The notes under the pieces: generated by a model
The model's input: only the letters and a program-made list of their open reading frames with translations
Databases searched by the model: none
Told to the model about the DNA's origin: nothing
Made by a program: the position numbers and the translations under genes
In this document: positions 10,003-20,596 of the stretch, one piece after another
Numbering within the stretch: the stretch's first letter is position 1
Layout: each line of letters begins with the position of its first letter
Source: Minisyncoccota bacterium
GTDB taxonomy: Bacteria; Patescibacteriota; Minisyncoccia; Phycocordibacterales; JABAAK01
Direction of reading: 5' to 3'
Length of the DNA: 64,000 nucleotides
Assembly (NCBI GenBank): GCA_965216295.1
Contig: OZ244141.1
Coordinates: forward strand, 429,772 to 493,771

Positions 10003-11850
10003 TTATTGTAAGACAGCTCGTATCCGCCGTGTCCCCTCAGCAATTGATTTTTCACTGACGATGGAAAAAGTACCTAGGACACCCGTTCGTTCCACATGAG
10101 GACCACCACAGAATTCTTTACTAAATGTTCCAATGGTGTAGACCCGAACGGTATCGCCATATGATTCACCGAAAAGTCCAATGGCACCTATTTTTCGTGC
10201 TTTCCCAAGAGGCATGTCTTCATGCGTCACAGGAAGGTCTGCCTGAATCTGTTCGTTCACCAGACGTTCAATGGACGCTTTCTCTTCATCAGTTACCTTT
10301 CGTGAAAACAAAAAATCAAACCGCAATCGATCTTGAGTAATATTAGAACCACGTTGTTCAACTTCATTTCCAAGTACTTCTCGAAGCGCTTGATGAAGGA
10401 GATGTGTTGCCGTGTGGTATCGAACACATGCGTCACTTTCGTCAGCAAGACCACCCTTAAACATACCCCCTGCCCGTGATTGTGTCCGGTGTTCTTCCAT
10501 AACTGTTTGATAGTCTTCTTGTGCGATGGTGATACCATCCTGTTCCGCTAACGCACAGGTAAATTCAAAAGGAAATCCATACGTACTCTGCAAAAGAAAT
10601 GCACCCATTGCATTCACCTTCCCTTGCTTCAATAGTTTGTGATACTCTTCTTTGCCAACCTCAAGGACGGTGATAAACTGTTTTTCCTCTTGTTGTAAGG
10701 TGTGATACAGAGTCTCATAGTCCTGTGACGCTGCATCTGGCATATGATGCACGATACATTTCACCACAGAACCATCTATGGTGTGCGGTGTTTCAAAAGA
10801 AGTTTGCAAACGATACACAAGACGACGGATCAGTCGTCGCAAGACATATCCACTCCCTGTCGTTGCAGGAACAACACCATCGTTAAGTATAGAAACAGCA
10901 CTACGAAGATGGTCGGCAATCATGCGATAGTCCTTTTGCGCACGATCATAGGGTACCTGTGTTTGCATTTCAAGATGTTCAACAATCTCTTGAAATGTAT
11001 CAATGCGAAAGATATCTGGATTGTTATTCGTTGCCGCAGCAAGTCGCTCTAAACCACCACCAAAGTCAACATTCTTTTGATCCAAAGGAACAAAAGCATC
11101 AGTGTCTCGACGATACTCCATGAAAACTGAATTACAAATCTCCATGAATTGACCTGAGTTTGAGTTTGGATGGGGACGGCCCGTGTGTGCAGTGTTTTGA
11201 TGTTCTGAACCAAAATCAAAAAATACCTCAGTATCACCACCTCCCAATTCACCAGGTGGCATGTGCTCTGGCGCCCCTGCTCTACTCCACCAATTTTTTG
11301 TTGAATCATAGAAAAAAATTCTCTCACCTTCTTGCATACCACGACGATCACCTTCTTCGACAGAACCAATGTGTGCAATTTCTGCTGAAACTCCAGCACG
11401 AGAAAAAAGATCTCGCCAAATCTCTGCTGAAGTGGTATCGCGTGGAAGACCATACCGTTCGTCACCAGCAAAAACAGTGACGAACAAACGCTGCGGGTCA
11501 AGTCCCAATCCCTCTACAGGATCAGTTAAAAAAACAAAACACTGTTTAATCTGTTCTTCTTTGAAGTACGCACCGAGTGACCAGTTACCGAGCATTTCAA
11601 AAAACGTAGTGTGACGATTGTCACCAATGACTTCAATATCATTTGCACGAAAACATTTCTGAGAGTTTGCTAAACGAACTCCTTTGGGATGCTCTTCACC
11701 CATGAGATATGGAATGAGTGGCTGCATACCTGAACTGGTAAACAATGTCGTAGCATCATCTTGTGGCACAAGCGATGCTGAGGGTATCAAAGAGTGCCCT
11801 CTTCCTTTCATGAAAGTGAGAAATTTTTCTCGTACCTCAGTGACTCGCAT
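10003..11850 (-). CDS. alaS: Alanyl-tRNA synthetase (short form, no C-Ala domain)
   Basis: TTLFTSSGMQP, HTTFFEMLGNWS, DFGGGLERL, editing motifs HTATHLL and EFCGGPHV. Confidence 0.98.
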   Translation of the reverse strand: MRVTEVREKFLTFMKGRGHSLIPSASLVPQDDATTLFTSSGMQPLIPYLMGEEHPKGVRLANSQKCFRANDIEVIGDNRHTTFFEMLGNWSLGAYFKEEQIKQCFVFLTDPVEGLGLDPQRLFVTVFAGDERYGLPRDTTSAEIWRDLFSRAGVSAEIAHIGSVEEGDRRGMQEGERIFFYDSTKNWWSRAGAPEHMPPGELGGGDTEVFFDFGSEHQNTAHTGRPHPNSNSGQFMEICNSVFMEYRRDTDAFVPLDQKNVDFGGGLERLAAATNNNPDIFRIDTFQEIVEHLEMQTQVPYDRAQKDYRMIADHLRSAVSILNDGVVPATTGSGYVLRRLIRRLVYRLQTSFETPHTIDGSVVKCIVHHMPDAASQDYETLYHTLQQEEKQFITVLEVGKEEYHKLLKQGKVNAMGAFLLQSTYGFPFEFTCALAEQDGITIAQEDYQTVMEEHRTQSRAGGMFKGGLADESDACVRYHTATHLLHQALREVLGNEVEQRGSNITQDRLRFDFLFSRKVTDEEKASIERLVNEQIQADLPVTHEDMPLGKARKIGAIGLFGESYGDTVRVYTIGTFSKEFCGGPHVERTGVLGTFSIVSEKSIAEGTRRIRAVLQ

Positions 11851-11873
11851 ACTCGCATCGTACCATTACACTC

Positions 11874-12659
11874 TCACGAAACCGTCCCTTCAACATGACT
11901 TCGAAATGAGTGCCCAGCAGCGTCACGGTATGTGCAGAGATCACAGACAGCATTGTTATATGACAAACCAACAGGAGGAATTGCATCATCAGTCAATAAT
12001 TTCCGTATTGCCAACAGTGTTGTTGCAACCCAATCATGATTGCCGTGGTACGGTATCACTTGTGTCGCAAACAAGAGTTTGTCATTGAAGGCTGTTTGAG
12101 TACTATCTCCATTTGCGTAAACAAAGTAAGCATCATTTGAAACAGAAAAATTGTTTTTTTCAAAAAGCCATTGGTATATCTCTACCTGTCGCTTGTACGA
12201 ATCCTGCCATGAAGCATCAATGGTTACCGTGCCCTCTTTGGCAGTTGCTTTGTAATCAACAATGAAAATGTCGTGAGAGGTCGGATCATGCCAGACATCA
12301 TCAATACCACCGAAGAGTATAAAGTTACTCTCACGATCGTGGTAACGAATGCCACGAAACGGATCTCGCCATGTCTCTATATCTTTGTGCTGTAGTGGTA
12401 CCAAATTTGGACACACACTGTGACAAAGCGGATGAGGCTTCTGTGATGCACGGTAAGTATCAAACTCTTTTTTCAAAAGTGTATCAACAGCAAGATTCAA
12501 ATTAAACGGAGGAAAGTTTGGTTGATTTACCCCCAATCGACGATCTAGATAAAAACAGCGTTGGCAACGGATATACGACTCAATTTTTGAACGAGAAAGT
12601 GCAAACGGCTCACTACTCTTTGGGTCAAAAATATTTTTCCTTCGCGTTGCGTATTGCAT
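11874..12659 (-). CDS. PD-(D/E)XK nuclease family protein (AddB/Cas4-like fold)
   Basis: LSRSKI, CQRCFY, GGIDDVW, IVDYKAT, QVEIY, C-terminal CDLC. Confidence 0.8.
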   Translation of the reverse strand: MQYATRRKNIFDPKSSEPFALSRSKIESYIRCQRCFYLDRRLGVNQPNFPPFNLNLAVDTLLKKEFDTYRASQKPHPLCHSVCPNLVPLQHKDIETWRDPFRGIRYHDRESNFILFGGIDDVWHDPTSHDIFIVDYKATAKEGTVTIDASWQDSYKRQVEIYQWLFEKNNFSVSNDAYFVYANGDSTQTAFNDKLLFATQVIPYHGNHDWVATTLLAIRKLLTDDAIPPVGLSYNNAVCDLCTYRDAAGHSFRSHVEGTVS

Positions 12660-12677
12660 TACAAGGGTATGGTACCA

Positions 12678-13520
12678 CTACACACCCCTTCGCTCAGGAA
12701 CACAGAGCATCTTTGCCTCATCAATCAAGATATCAAGGTGGTGTATTGGTGTGTGTTCTAGTGTTGACACCTTGTCAAGAAAGTCTCGACATGTAGTGAT
12801 TTTCATATCAAACAACATCCGTGCACTCTGTCTGCTTAATGATGGGAGACACGTGATTGGGTGTGCGTTTACCTTGGTAATCATAGTTTGTAAATTGTTG
12901 TCATGCGGGTAGCCCCATCCCAAAAGAGTAACACCCGAACACTCAGCATAGTGTATTGCATTAGAGGTAAATTTTCCATTGGTGACCAAAATACATTCAT
13001 CAACCAAATCCTTGCTCCATCTTTCATGCCATCCCTTTTTGATGAGATCATCAAATCGCGCTTTGACATAGAGTGCGACTTTCAAATCAAGCCGTCCCTG
13101 AGGATCATTTTGAAATTTCGCTTCTATGGCAATTTTTTTCTTCCCTTTTGTCGCATGCACATCAACTTCGTGAATAACACAGTGTCCACGGAGGTTGATG
13201 TTTGTTTTCACCGCATATCCCATACGGGAAAACAAGACACCAATAAATTTTTCAAAAGGAAATCCGGTTGGACCCAAACCGACAAGAGCACGTCGAAGTG
13301 AGTAGCGTATCGCTGCTGGTCTTTCAAAGGAATTCAAGAGTAAAAACGCTTTCTTATAAATACTATCAGTTGTTTCACCCTCCTGTATGTCTTGGGAAAC
13401 CTGATCAACTATTTTTTGTATACTGCCAGAGCTAGCACCTGCTTTCTTGAGCGATCGTTCAAGAAGTGATTGATCAAAAGGAACAAGGTTCCCATCCCGT
13501 TTGGTAACATGCCTATTCAC
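12678..13520 (-). CDS. ATP-cone domain plus restriction-endonuclease-like (Mrr-like) protein
   Basis: VTKRDG..VPFD ATP cone; GFPFEKF, EVDV, IEAK, LVTNGKFT..A nuclease motifs. Confidence 0.75.
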   Translation of the reverse strand: MNRHVTKRDGNLVPFDQSLLERSLKKAGASSGSIQKIVDQVSQDIQEGETTDSIYKKAFLLLNSFERPAAIRYSLRRALVGLGPTGFPFEKFIGVLFSRMGYAVKTNINLRGHCVIHEVDVHATKGKKKIAIEAKFQNDPQGRLDLKVALYVKARFDDLIKKGWHERWSKDLVDECILVTNGKFTSNAIHYAECSGVTLLGWGYPHDNNLQTMITKVNAHPITCLPSLSRQSARMLFDMKITTCRDFLDKVSTLEHTPIHHLDILIDEAKMLCVPERRGV

Positions 13521-13541
13521 ACTGACAGTGTATCACTCCTC

Positions 13542-14570
13542 TCACACCACACCACCACCGAGACATTCTCCCTGATCGCTATAGAGAACCAATGACTGTC
13601 CTTGTGCAATGAGTGCTGGTGTATCAAGGTGAATCTTGGTACCTTCAAGTGCCACAGAAACAACAGGTTGTAGATGACGCCAACGGGCAAAGAGAAGTTC
13701 ATCACGTGGACGCCGATGCCAGTGCACATCGTGTAACTGATAAGCACATGTACCGAATGATTCGGGAGTACGGCTAACGTGCACTATGTTACGGTCACAA
13801 TCTTTCCCCACCACGAAGTACGGTCCGTGATAGTTAGGGTGTAAGGTAAACCCATGTCGTTGCCCGAGTGTATAGAAAGAAACTCCGTCATGACTACCAA
13901 CGGCACTATTCTCTTCTGCACACCACACAACCCCAGGAACAACTGGTAAGTACTGTTGTAGAAAATCACGAACTGATACATCGCCGATAAAGCAGATGCC
14001 GGTACTCTCTGTTCGTTCTGCAGATGGCAGACGAGCCTTTTTCGCAATTGCTCGCACTTCTTTTTTATGCATACCTCCGATTGGAAAAAGAGTTTTAGAA
14101 AGAAGAGCGTTCTCTACTGCCCAGAGAAAGTAAGTTTGATCTTTTGTTGGGTCAACACCACAAAAAAGTCGCTGGGAAGAACCATCACTCTCAAGTCGGG
14201 CGTAATGTCCTGTTGCGACAAACGCGGCATCGCTCTTGTCATGGAGAACATCAAATTTTACAAACTTATTACAGAGAATATCGGGGTTGGGAGTTTGGTT
14301 CTGTCGATATGCTTCCACGAATGGTTCTATGACATGTTTTGTGTACTGTGCCGTTGCGTCAATGGTGTGAAATGGAATACCCAATGCCGCCGCAACACGC
14401 ATGGCACTCAGTTGATCTTCATCGGCGGTGCAGTGTATAAACGAAGGTGGTCGAACGTATAAAAAAAGAGCGTGGACCTGATATCCCGCTTGTTTGAGAA
14501 GATATGCACTGACCGATGAGTCAACACCTCCAGACAGTGCTACATCAACTCTCCCCCGCTCCATACCCAT
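13542..14570 (-). CDS. mnmA: tRNA 2-thiouridine(34) synthase
   Basis: ALSGGVDSSV, TPNPDILCN, ATGHYAR, KDQTYFL, GICFIG, YTLGQRHG. Confidence 0.97.
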   Translation of the reverse strand: MGMERGRVDVALSGGVDSSVSAYLLKQAGYQVHALFLYVRPPSFIHCTADEDQLSAMRVAAALGIPFHTIDATAQYTKHVIEPFVEAYRQNQTPNPDILCNKFVKFDVLHDKSDAAFVATGHYARLESDGSSQRLFCGVDPTKDQTYFLWAVENALLSKTLFPIGGMHKKEVRAIAKKARLPSAERTESTGICFIGDVSVRDFLQQYLPVVPGVVWCAEENSAVGSHDGVSFYTLGQRHGFTLHPNYHGPYFVVGKDCDRNIVHVSRTPESFGTCAYQLHDVHWHRRPRDELLFARWRHLQPVVSVALEGTKIHLDTPALIAQGQSLVLYSDQGECLGGGVV

Positions 14571-15523
14571 TACTGCTTACGAATAAATTTTGCTTTCTTG
14601 ATGACATGTTCGTCGTGTGTTTCACTGAAGTGTGTCACACCATTTTTATCAGCCAAGAAAAACAGATAGTTTGAAATGTATGGATCTACAACTGCTTGCA
14701 GTGATTGCTTACTTGGATTACTGATAGGTTTTGGTGGTATACCCTTGTTCTTGTATGTATTGTGTGGGTCATCAATGTTGAGATCTTGTTTTGTTAAATC
14801 AAATGTTCCTTTACCATTAATGAAACGGAATGAAACATCCACTTGGAGTGGTATATCAGCTGAAAGACGGTTAAAGAGAACGCTCGCTATCTTGCGACGA
14901 TCATCGTAGTTCCTTGCTTCTAATTCAACAATAGAGGCAAGTGTAATGAGTTCAAGTTCAGAGAACGGACCGCTGTAATCGTTAAGGATATCCCTATTTT
15001 TACTCTCAAATGTCTCTTTCATAATAGCGATAACCTCTTGTGGTGTTGGTTCCTCGTCTTCAGCGAAGAAGTAGGTATCTGGATAGAGATATCCGTGCTC
15101 TGCAATTGCAAGCACAACGAACTCATCTTTTGAAAAGTTTGGAAAAACACCTTGAAACGCAGTTGCTATTTCAAATGCATTAGAACCCTCGTGAATCAAA
15201 ACACGTTTGGTGAGAGAATTTTTCTCTCCGTGATACAAATCTTTTGCGCGAGAGAAAACGCTCTTTGATTCTAAGAAGTGGTATGACCCAGCGACCACTT
15301 TATTACCCCAGAGGTAACTTGATGCGATGAAGAGTGTTGGAGAATCAATCACCTCTTCTTGCGTCAGATTGTCAGCAATAGTACGGATATTCTCTCCTGT
15401 TGAAACAGTGAAAACGCGTGGGTAGAAAACCCGTCCAATCGGTGGTAAGAAAAAGAGTATACACAGAGCAAGTGTGAACGACGCTGCTGCCGTGAGAGTA
15501 AGTTGCACGGTTATTGGTTTCAT
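14570..15523 (-). CDS. mltG: Endolytic transglycosylase
   Basis: GYLYPDTY, LASIVELE, IASVLFNRL, LQVD, NTYKNKGIPPKPISNP. Start at ATG 15523 overlaps upstream stop (ATGA). Confidence 0.93.
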   Translation of the reverse strand: MKPITVQLTLTAAASFTLALCILFFLPPIGRVFYPRVFTVSTGENIRTIADNLTQEEVIDSPTLFIASSYLWGNKVVAGSYHFLESKSVFSRAKDLYHGEKNSLTKRVLIHEGSNAFEIATAFQGVFPNFSKDEFVVLAIAEHGYLYPDTYFFAEDEEPTPQEVIAIMKETFESKNRDILNDYSGPFSELELITLASIVELEARNYDDRRKIASVLFNRLSADIPLQVDVSFRFINGKGTFDLTKQDLNIDDPHNTYKNKGIPPKPISNPSKQSLQAVVDPYISNYLFFLADKNGVTHFSETHDEHVIKKAKFIRKQ

Positions 15524-16944
15524 GTTGGTAGGTTTTCTGGTGATTCCCCTGTACGAGCAAGTGTCCTTTGTACCGTTGGTGTTCGCACAAATGTGGTTGG
15601 AAAATGACAAATAGTCGCAAGTATTTCAGTACTCATGAGCATTGTTTTTCTGGTAACACTGGGTTCGTCTTCCGACGCTGGAGAGAATCGATACACGGCA
15701 GGGGCGAACCAGAACATCCTATCACGATAGAGTCGTAAAAGTACATCCCTCTCCTCAATACGTCCTGGTTTTTCAGTCTTTTCTGGAAAAACTGTTGCTT
15801 CTTCAAGGAGGCGACCAGACGGCACCAACGCATTTGTCGCTGTTTGTGTGAGACGGAACGCATTGAGAAATGATGGAATTCGAGTTTCCTTACACTCTTC
15901 ATGAGGAGCAAGGTAGAGCATGCGCATACCAATCTCAAAGACACCTTTTTCACTAATACGACCACCGGTAGCAACAAGACGTTTCTCCGAGTCGGTTAAG
16001 TCTGGTTTCAACTTCAATTCTGAATCTTTCAATGCGTCTGCCTGCTTCTTTCGAAACGCCATAATCTCATCAATTACCTCTTCGGATATCTTCTTTTGTT
16101 CCCAATACTCACGTTTGAGCACTTGCGTCTCATACTGCTCTGGTGGTCTAGCATACTTCTCTGTACGAGCGATAAACTGAAGCCATAGTTTCTCATTACC
16201 AGTCAGTGTTCCTGCTATCTCAAACAACGGTGCCATGGGATCAAGCGGTGCACTATCTTTGGGTGTTTTTTCTGTTACGAAATCGGCGTAACTCTTTATT
16301 GGTAAAGCGTCTTGACGGGCAAGGTTCCATTCAACGCCCCACAGTGACCACTTGTCCGTGTCGTAGAGTACATCAAGAGTGTAATCATCAACGTCAATAA
16401 TCTGTGCGTCTGGATAGTATGTATAGATAGCTGTTGTGATAACATCACGCATGTTTGCCCGTGCTCGGATAAAGAAACGAACAACGCCCCCTTGTGAGAC
16501 AATCTCAAAGGAATAGACTGGTCGTGTTTTCCCTTGAACCCACTTTTTATACCAATTTCCCTCTCCTGAACTAATATAAATGGTCTCAAAAAAAAGTTCC
16601 ATCATAGAGATTGGATACTCTTTCTGATCTGGAAGTCGAACCTCTATCAATGAGTACGGTCGAGTGAGAAAGTTAAGCAATTGGCGATGACGAACAAATT
16701 CCAAGAAACCATAAAAAAGAGCTCCAGCAAAAAAACTGAGAAAGGCGCTGAGTATCAAATGGTACTTAGCACCAATAAGTGCGGCAAAGAAAGATGGGTT
16801 GGTGAAGAATTGATCCTCCACGTATGCAGGAGCGAGGATATTAAAGAGAAGCCACGCTAAAAGCGCTAACACGAGTAGTGCATAGCCGAGATTATAAAAC
16901 GACTGTAATGTCTCACCTCTAAACATAGTGTATGCCCACCTCAC
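15520..16944 (-). CDS. Conserved CPR membrane protein (resembles N-terminal region of CPR VirB4/VirD4-like ATPases; no Walker A)
   Basis: Two N-terminal TM helices; YSFEIVS, IYTYYPDAQI..DDY, LPIKSY, ELAT..HFP-like (EILATICHFP) motifs. Confidence 0.55.
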   Translation of the reverse strand: MRWAYTMFRGETLQSFYNLGYALLVLALLAWLLFNILAPAYVEDQFFTNPSFFAALIGAKYHLILSAFLSFFAGALFYGFLEFVRHRQLLNFLTRPYSLIEVRLPDQKEYPISMMELFFETIYISSGEGNWYKKWVQGKTRPVYSFEIVSQGGVVRFFIRARANMRDVITTAIYTYYPDAQIIDVDDYTLDVLYDTDKWSLWGVEWNLARQDALPIKSYADFVTEKTPKDSAPLDPMAPLFEIAGTLTGNEKLWLQFIARTEKYARPPEQYETQVLKREYWEQKKISEEVIDEIMAFRKKQADALKDSELKLKPDLTDSEKRLVATGGRISEKGVFEIGMRMLYLAPHEECKETRIPSFLNAFRLTQTATNALVPSGRLLEEATVFPEKTEKPGRIEERDVLLRLYRDRMFWFAPAVYRFSPASEDEPSVTRKTMLMSTEILATICHFPTTFVRTPTVQRTLARTGESPENLPT

Positions 16945-16979
16945 CTACAGTATACGGCACCACGTACACACATTCGCAG

Positions 16980-18068
16980 TTACGCTAACGAATACTTCTT
17001 ATCCCTCCCTAAGGTAAAGTTAGAACGATTAGTCAGTGCCTGTGCAATGGTTGCATCTTGCACGATACGCTCATCTTTCACTCGTTTCATAATCATTTTA
17101 CGATCAAGTGGACCATGTTTGGTAATAAGGTGTTTGATGATATCAGTAACCGTACCAGGTTGGTAACCATCATTGGCAAGTGCATAGATACCACGACCAA
17201 CGAGTACAAAATCTTCTTTGTTCACTAATTCATTGTGACAGGTACTCGTGTGAGTTGGGGCGTCTCGCAATTTGGCAACTTCTTTTGTTATCTCATCAAA
17301 GTGCATAGGTCTATTCTTCTTTCGCATAACGAAACGAATGTATCCGCCAATGTTTGAGAGAGCAATTTCAGGATTATCCCGATGACCCCACTCATTAAAT
17401 TTATTCTTCTTGATAAACTTAGAAAGTTTCACAAGCTCCTCGTGACTTGCTGCATCCTTTGGCTGTTTTTTACTACTACCAAATGTTTCACGTGCTGCAG
17501 CATGAAGAATGGAAAATATTCCTTCCTTTGAAAAAATTTCAGAACGGTCTTTCTTTACCTTTTTGTGAAAAGCATTCACCACCTTGCGGGTAGAGTCTAC
17601 TTGATCTTGACTGAGTGACCAAAACGGATGAAGGTTATCATCTTGACTGGCAAAGGTAAATATATCAAAACAAGTGAGGAGTAATCGCAAATATCCTGCA
17701 TCGGTTGGCTTTGCTGCATCACAAATGTGACAGATAGTCTTTTCAGAAGCTGCGCCACCACAACTACGTATAGTGTACTCAAGTGTACCGACTGCACCTG
17801 ACAATTCTTTGACACACTCATCTTTGTTCAATGTAGCAAAAGCGGCACTTTGAATTTGACGAATACGCTCTCGAGTGAGGGAGAGTGTATCACCAATTTT
17901 TTGCAATCGTTGTGGTTTACCGTCTTGTAAGCCGTGGCGAAGCATGAGAACACGCCTCTGCTGCTTTGGCAGTTTTTCAAGTGCTCTATCAACTGAGTCT
18001 TTTATACCTCCTTTCATACTATTTGGTGTATCTGTCAAGCGTGGTAAAGTTACCATGCGATATGACAA
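16980..18068 (-). CDS. Sigma-70 region 4 domain protein with C-terminal winged-HTH (HARE-HTH/RNAP delta-like)
   Basis: RHGL....LQKIG..LSLTRERIRQIQ; RPMHFDEI; HNEL...FVLVGRGIYAL. Confidence 0.8.
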   Translation of the reverse strand: MSYRMVTLPRLTDTPNSMKGGIKDSVDRALEKLPKQQRRVLMLRHGLQDGKPQRLQKIGDTLSLTRERIRQIQSAAFATLNKDECVKELSGAVGTLEYTIRSCGGAASEKTICHICDAAKPTDAGYLRLLLTCFDIFTFASQDDNLHPFWSLSQDQVDSTRKVVNAFHKKVKKDRSEIFSKEGIFSILHAAARETFGSSKKQPKDAASHEELVKLSKFIKKNKFNEWGHRDNPEIALSNIGGYIRFVMRKKNRPMHFDEITKEVAKLRDAPTHTSTCHNELVNKEDFVLVGRGIYALANDGYQPGTVTDIIKHLITKHGPLDRKMIMKRVKDERIVQDATIAQALTNRSNFTLGRDKKYSLA

Positions 18069-18116
18069 ATATATAATATCATAAAATTTTTGTTTTGTGA
18101 AACATTGAACACTTCT

Positions 18117-19163
18117 CTATATACGAAATGTGATGCAATCACCGTCTTTAACGACATATCCCTTCCCTTCTATACGAAATACTCCAACTTGTTTCGCTTG
18201 AGCAAGAGATGTCAATGCCACAGCATCCTGATACGCTATCACCTCTGCACGGATAAACTTTTCTTCAAAATCAGAATGAATTGCACGACCAGCTTCTTTT
18301 GCTGTTGATCCTTCCGTCACAGTCCATGCTCGTGTTTCTTTTTCACCGACGGTAAAAAATGTTATAAGACGAAGCGTTCGGTACGCAGTTTGAATAATCA
18401 CTTGAATATCATCCTCCTGTAACGTCACCGCGTCGCTTGTTTGTGCAATACTCTTTTCTGCAGTCACGATAGTCCACGGTATACCGTGTTCTTTCGCATA
18501 TGCGATAACACCCTCTGCCGCTGTATCATTTTTCGTAGTGGCGTTGATAACAAAAAATAGTGGTTTTGCAGTCAGGAGGTGAAGATGTCGTACTTCCTCT
18601 AACTCATGTTCAGTGAGTGTTTCATAGAGAAGAGTTGTTCCAGTTGCAACGGTGGTATGTATCTTTTTTAAAAGTATCTCTTCTTTCTCCGCTGCTTTCG
18701 TACCTCGTTTCACCTCTTTCTGTAACTGTCCTAACCGACGCTCAATCGTCTGTAAATCTGCCAGGAGTAATTCGGTGTGAATAGTGTCAATATCACGGTG
18801 TGCATCCACGGTACCGTCAACATGGGTAATGGCACCATCGGCAAACACTCGAACAACGTGTGCAATTGCATCTACCTCTCTGATGTGTGACAAAAAACGA
18901 TTTCCCAAACCCTCACCGTCTGCAGCACCACGCACCAACCCTGCTATATCAGTGAATGTAACGGTGGTCGGTGTCACCTTTTGTGAAGAAGCAAGTCGTG
19001 AGAGCTGCTCGAGTCGCTCATCAGGAACAATAACAACACCAACTGATGGATTGATAGTACAAAATGGAAAATTCTCCGCAGGAACTGCCTGTTTTGTCAG
19101 TGCATTAAAAAGCGTACTCTTGCCAGCGTTTGGCAACCCAACAATACCTACCGAAAGTCCCAT
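18117..19163 (-). CDS. ychF: Redox-regulated ATPase YchF
   Basis: GIVGLPNAGKSTLFNALT, NFPFCTI, DIAGLVRGA, IHSDFEEKFIRAEV. Confidence 0.98.
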   Translation of the reverse strand: MGLSVGIVGLPNAGKSTLFNALTKQAVPAENFPFCTINPSVGVVIVPDERLEQLSRLASSQKVTPTTVTFTDIAGLVRGAADGEGLGNRFLSHIREVDAIAHVVRVFADGAITHVDGTVDAHRDIDTIHTELLLADLQTIERRLGQLQKEVKRGTKAAEKEEILLKKIHTTVATGTTLLYETLTEHELEEVRHLHLLTAKPLFFVINATTKNDTAAEGVIAYAKEHGIPWTIVTAEKSIAQTSDAVTLQEDDIQVIIQTAYRTLRLITFFTVGEKETRAWTVTEGSTAKEAGRAIHSDFEEKFIRAEVIAYQDAVALTSLAQAKQVGVFRIEGKGYVVKDGDCITFRI

Positions 19164-19759
19164 ACCTCTGCGTCACGTTTTGCCATCTTTGCAACCTTTG
19201 TTATCCACCGACCTCGCTTTGCCTCTGAAGAACCTCGTGTTGGTCCAAAATGGCACACACGCACCGGTCTTATACCACAGCTTTTTAGGATACCTTTTGC
19301 GAGTTCATTAGTGTATGAACCCATTTTAAAATAGAGAAGGAGGGGGTGTACAGAACCGACAATATTGATAATACGAGCGCTCTTCTTCTTCAACAACGGA
19401 ACAAAGGTATCATCAACAAATTGAAATGCAAATCCAGGAAGAAATGCCCTATCAAAAAGCCCTTTCATTTTTGCAGGCATCGTGCTCCACCAATTTGGGT
19501 AGATAACAACAAAATGGTCTGCCCACTGAATATTTTTTTGAAATTGTATCAAATCTGGTTCTAGTTCTTGAATAACATCGTACCCTTGATGGAGTGTTGG
19601 ATCAAATGTTAACTCATCAATAGTATGTCGTCGTACCTCGGCACCCGCTTCTTTTGCTCCCCGCTCATATGCATCTGCCATACCATATGATAGGGATGAG
19701 TGGACAGGATTACCACACAATATATAAATTTTTTTTCTCTTCACTTCCATATAATGCAC
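19148..19759 (-). CDS. NAD(P)H-dependent oxidoreductase (flavodoxin-2 family)
   Basis: GNP..SS, WADHFVVIYPNWWSTMPAKMKGLFDR..PGFAF. Confidence 0.9.
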   Translation of the reverse strand: MHYMEVKRKKIYILCGNPVHSSLSYGMADAYERGAKEAGAEVRRHTIDELTFDPTLHQGYDVIQELEPDLIQFQKNIQWADHFVVIYPNWWSTMPAKMKGLFDRAFLPGFAFQFVDDTFVPLLKKKSARIINIVGSVHPLLLYFKMGSYTNELAKGILKSCGIRPVRVCHFGPTRGSSEAKRGRWITKVAKMAKRDAEVWDFR

Positions 19760-19823
19760 TCACCCTCATTGAAACATCTCTCATCTCATAGGGGAGTATA
19801 TCACACGACCACATAGAAAGGAT

Positions 19824-20321
19824 TTAGGTAAAACGACCATGACAATAGTCAGCCAATTGAAAAAGCGTTACCATCACAACAACTAAAACAATATAGAGAA
19901 GAAGAGTGGCTGGGATGGTGAGAAGACCAATCGTTATAACAGTAGTATTGTATATCGCCAGTGTGTGCCACCCCGCAGCAATAATTGGTGCACCAAATGT
20001 TACAGAAATCATTTTCCGTGACATACAAATGGCAAGAACCATGGCGATAATGATGAGTATTGCTTTCACCGCATACTCTTGGAGTGCTTCTGGCACTGCA
20101 TCAAAAAGACCAAAGATAACTAAATTCACTGCAATGATAACGCCAAGTATGACATGAATAAAACGAAGTATGGAGTACTGTAACTGTATCAACCTATATG
20201 CCAAGCCACTGCTCGGATACCCATACTTTGCTACTAATATATACGAAACCACCGCCATCGTTGAAACACCAAACGCAAGACCGATGAGAATAGTTTCAAT
20301 GAGGGTGAGTGCGGTAATCAT
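19824..20321 (-). CDS. Hypothetical multi-pass membrane protein
   Basis: 165 aa, about 5 hydrophobic helices, in operon context. Confidence 0.65.
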   Translation of the reverse strand: MITALTLIETILIGLAFGVSTMAVVSYILVAKYGYPSSGLAYRLIQLQYSILRFIHVILGVIIAVNLVIFGLFDAVPEALQEYAVKAILIIIAMVLAICMSRKMISVTFGAPIIAAGWHTLAIYNTTVITIGLLTIPATLLLYIVLVVVMVTLFQLADYCHGRFT

Positions 20322-20326
20322 ATTTA

Positions 20327-20569
20327 CTATTTTCGTTGAATTTGCATCGCTAGTGTACGCATCTCTGATTCATACTTTTTCATAACAGCAACACTGGCAA
20401 GGGTTTCATCCTGCCCTTTTCGTTTTTTCATTGCAATTTCTTGTGCAATACGTTCAAAGAGTGCTGGATTCTTTTCAAACATCTTTCGAAAAAGCGTCCG
20501 CTGCTCTTCAGGCATTTTCTTCAATTGCCTTTCAAGTGCTTTTTTAGTGATGAAGTCACGCAGTCCCAT
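20327..20569 (-). CDS. Small conserved hypothetical protein
   Basis: MGLRDF...KNPALFERIAQEI; TATACT -10 element 6 nt upstream of ATG 20569. Confidence 0.7.
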   Translation of the reverse strand: MGLRDFITKKALERQLKKMPEEQRTLFRKMFEKNPALFERIAQEIAMKKRKGQDETLASVAVMKKYESEMRTLAMQIQRK

Positions 20570-20596
20570 GACTGTAGTATATCGTATGATTTCCAC

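Noticed and set aside
11874-12659. Cas4 or CRISPR adaptation gene
   Set aside because: A stand-alone PD-(D/E)XK nuclease in housekeeping context, with no cas1/cas2 or array.
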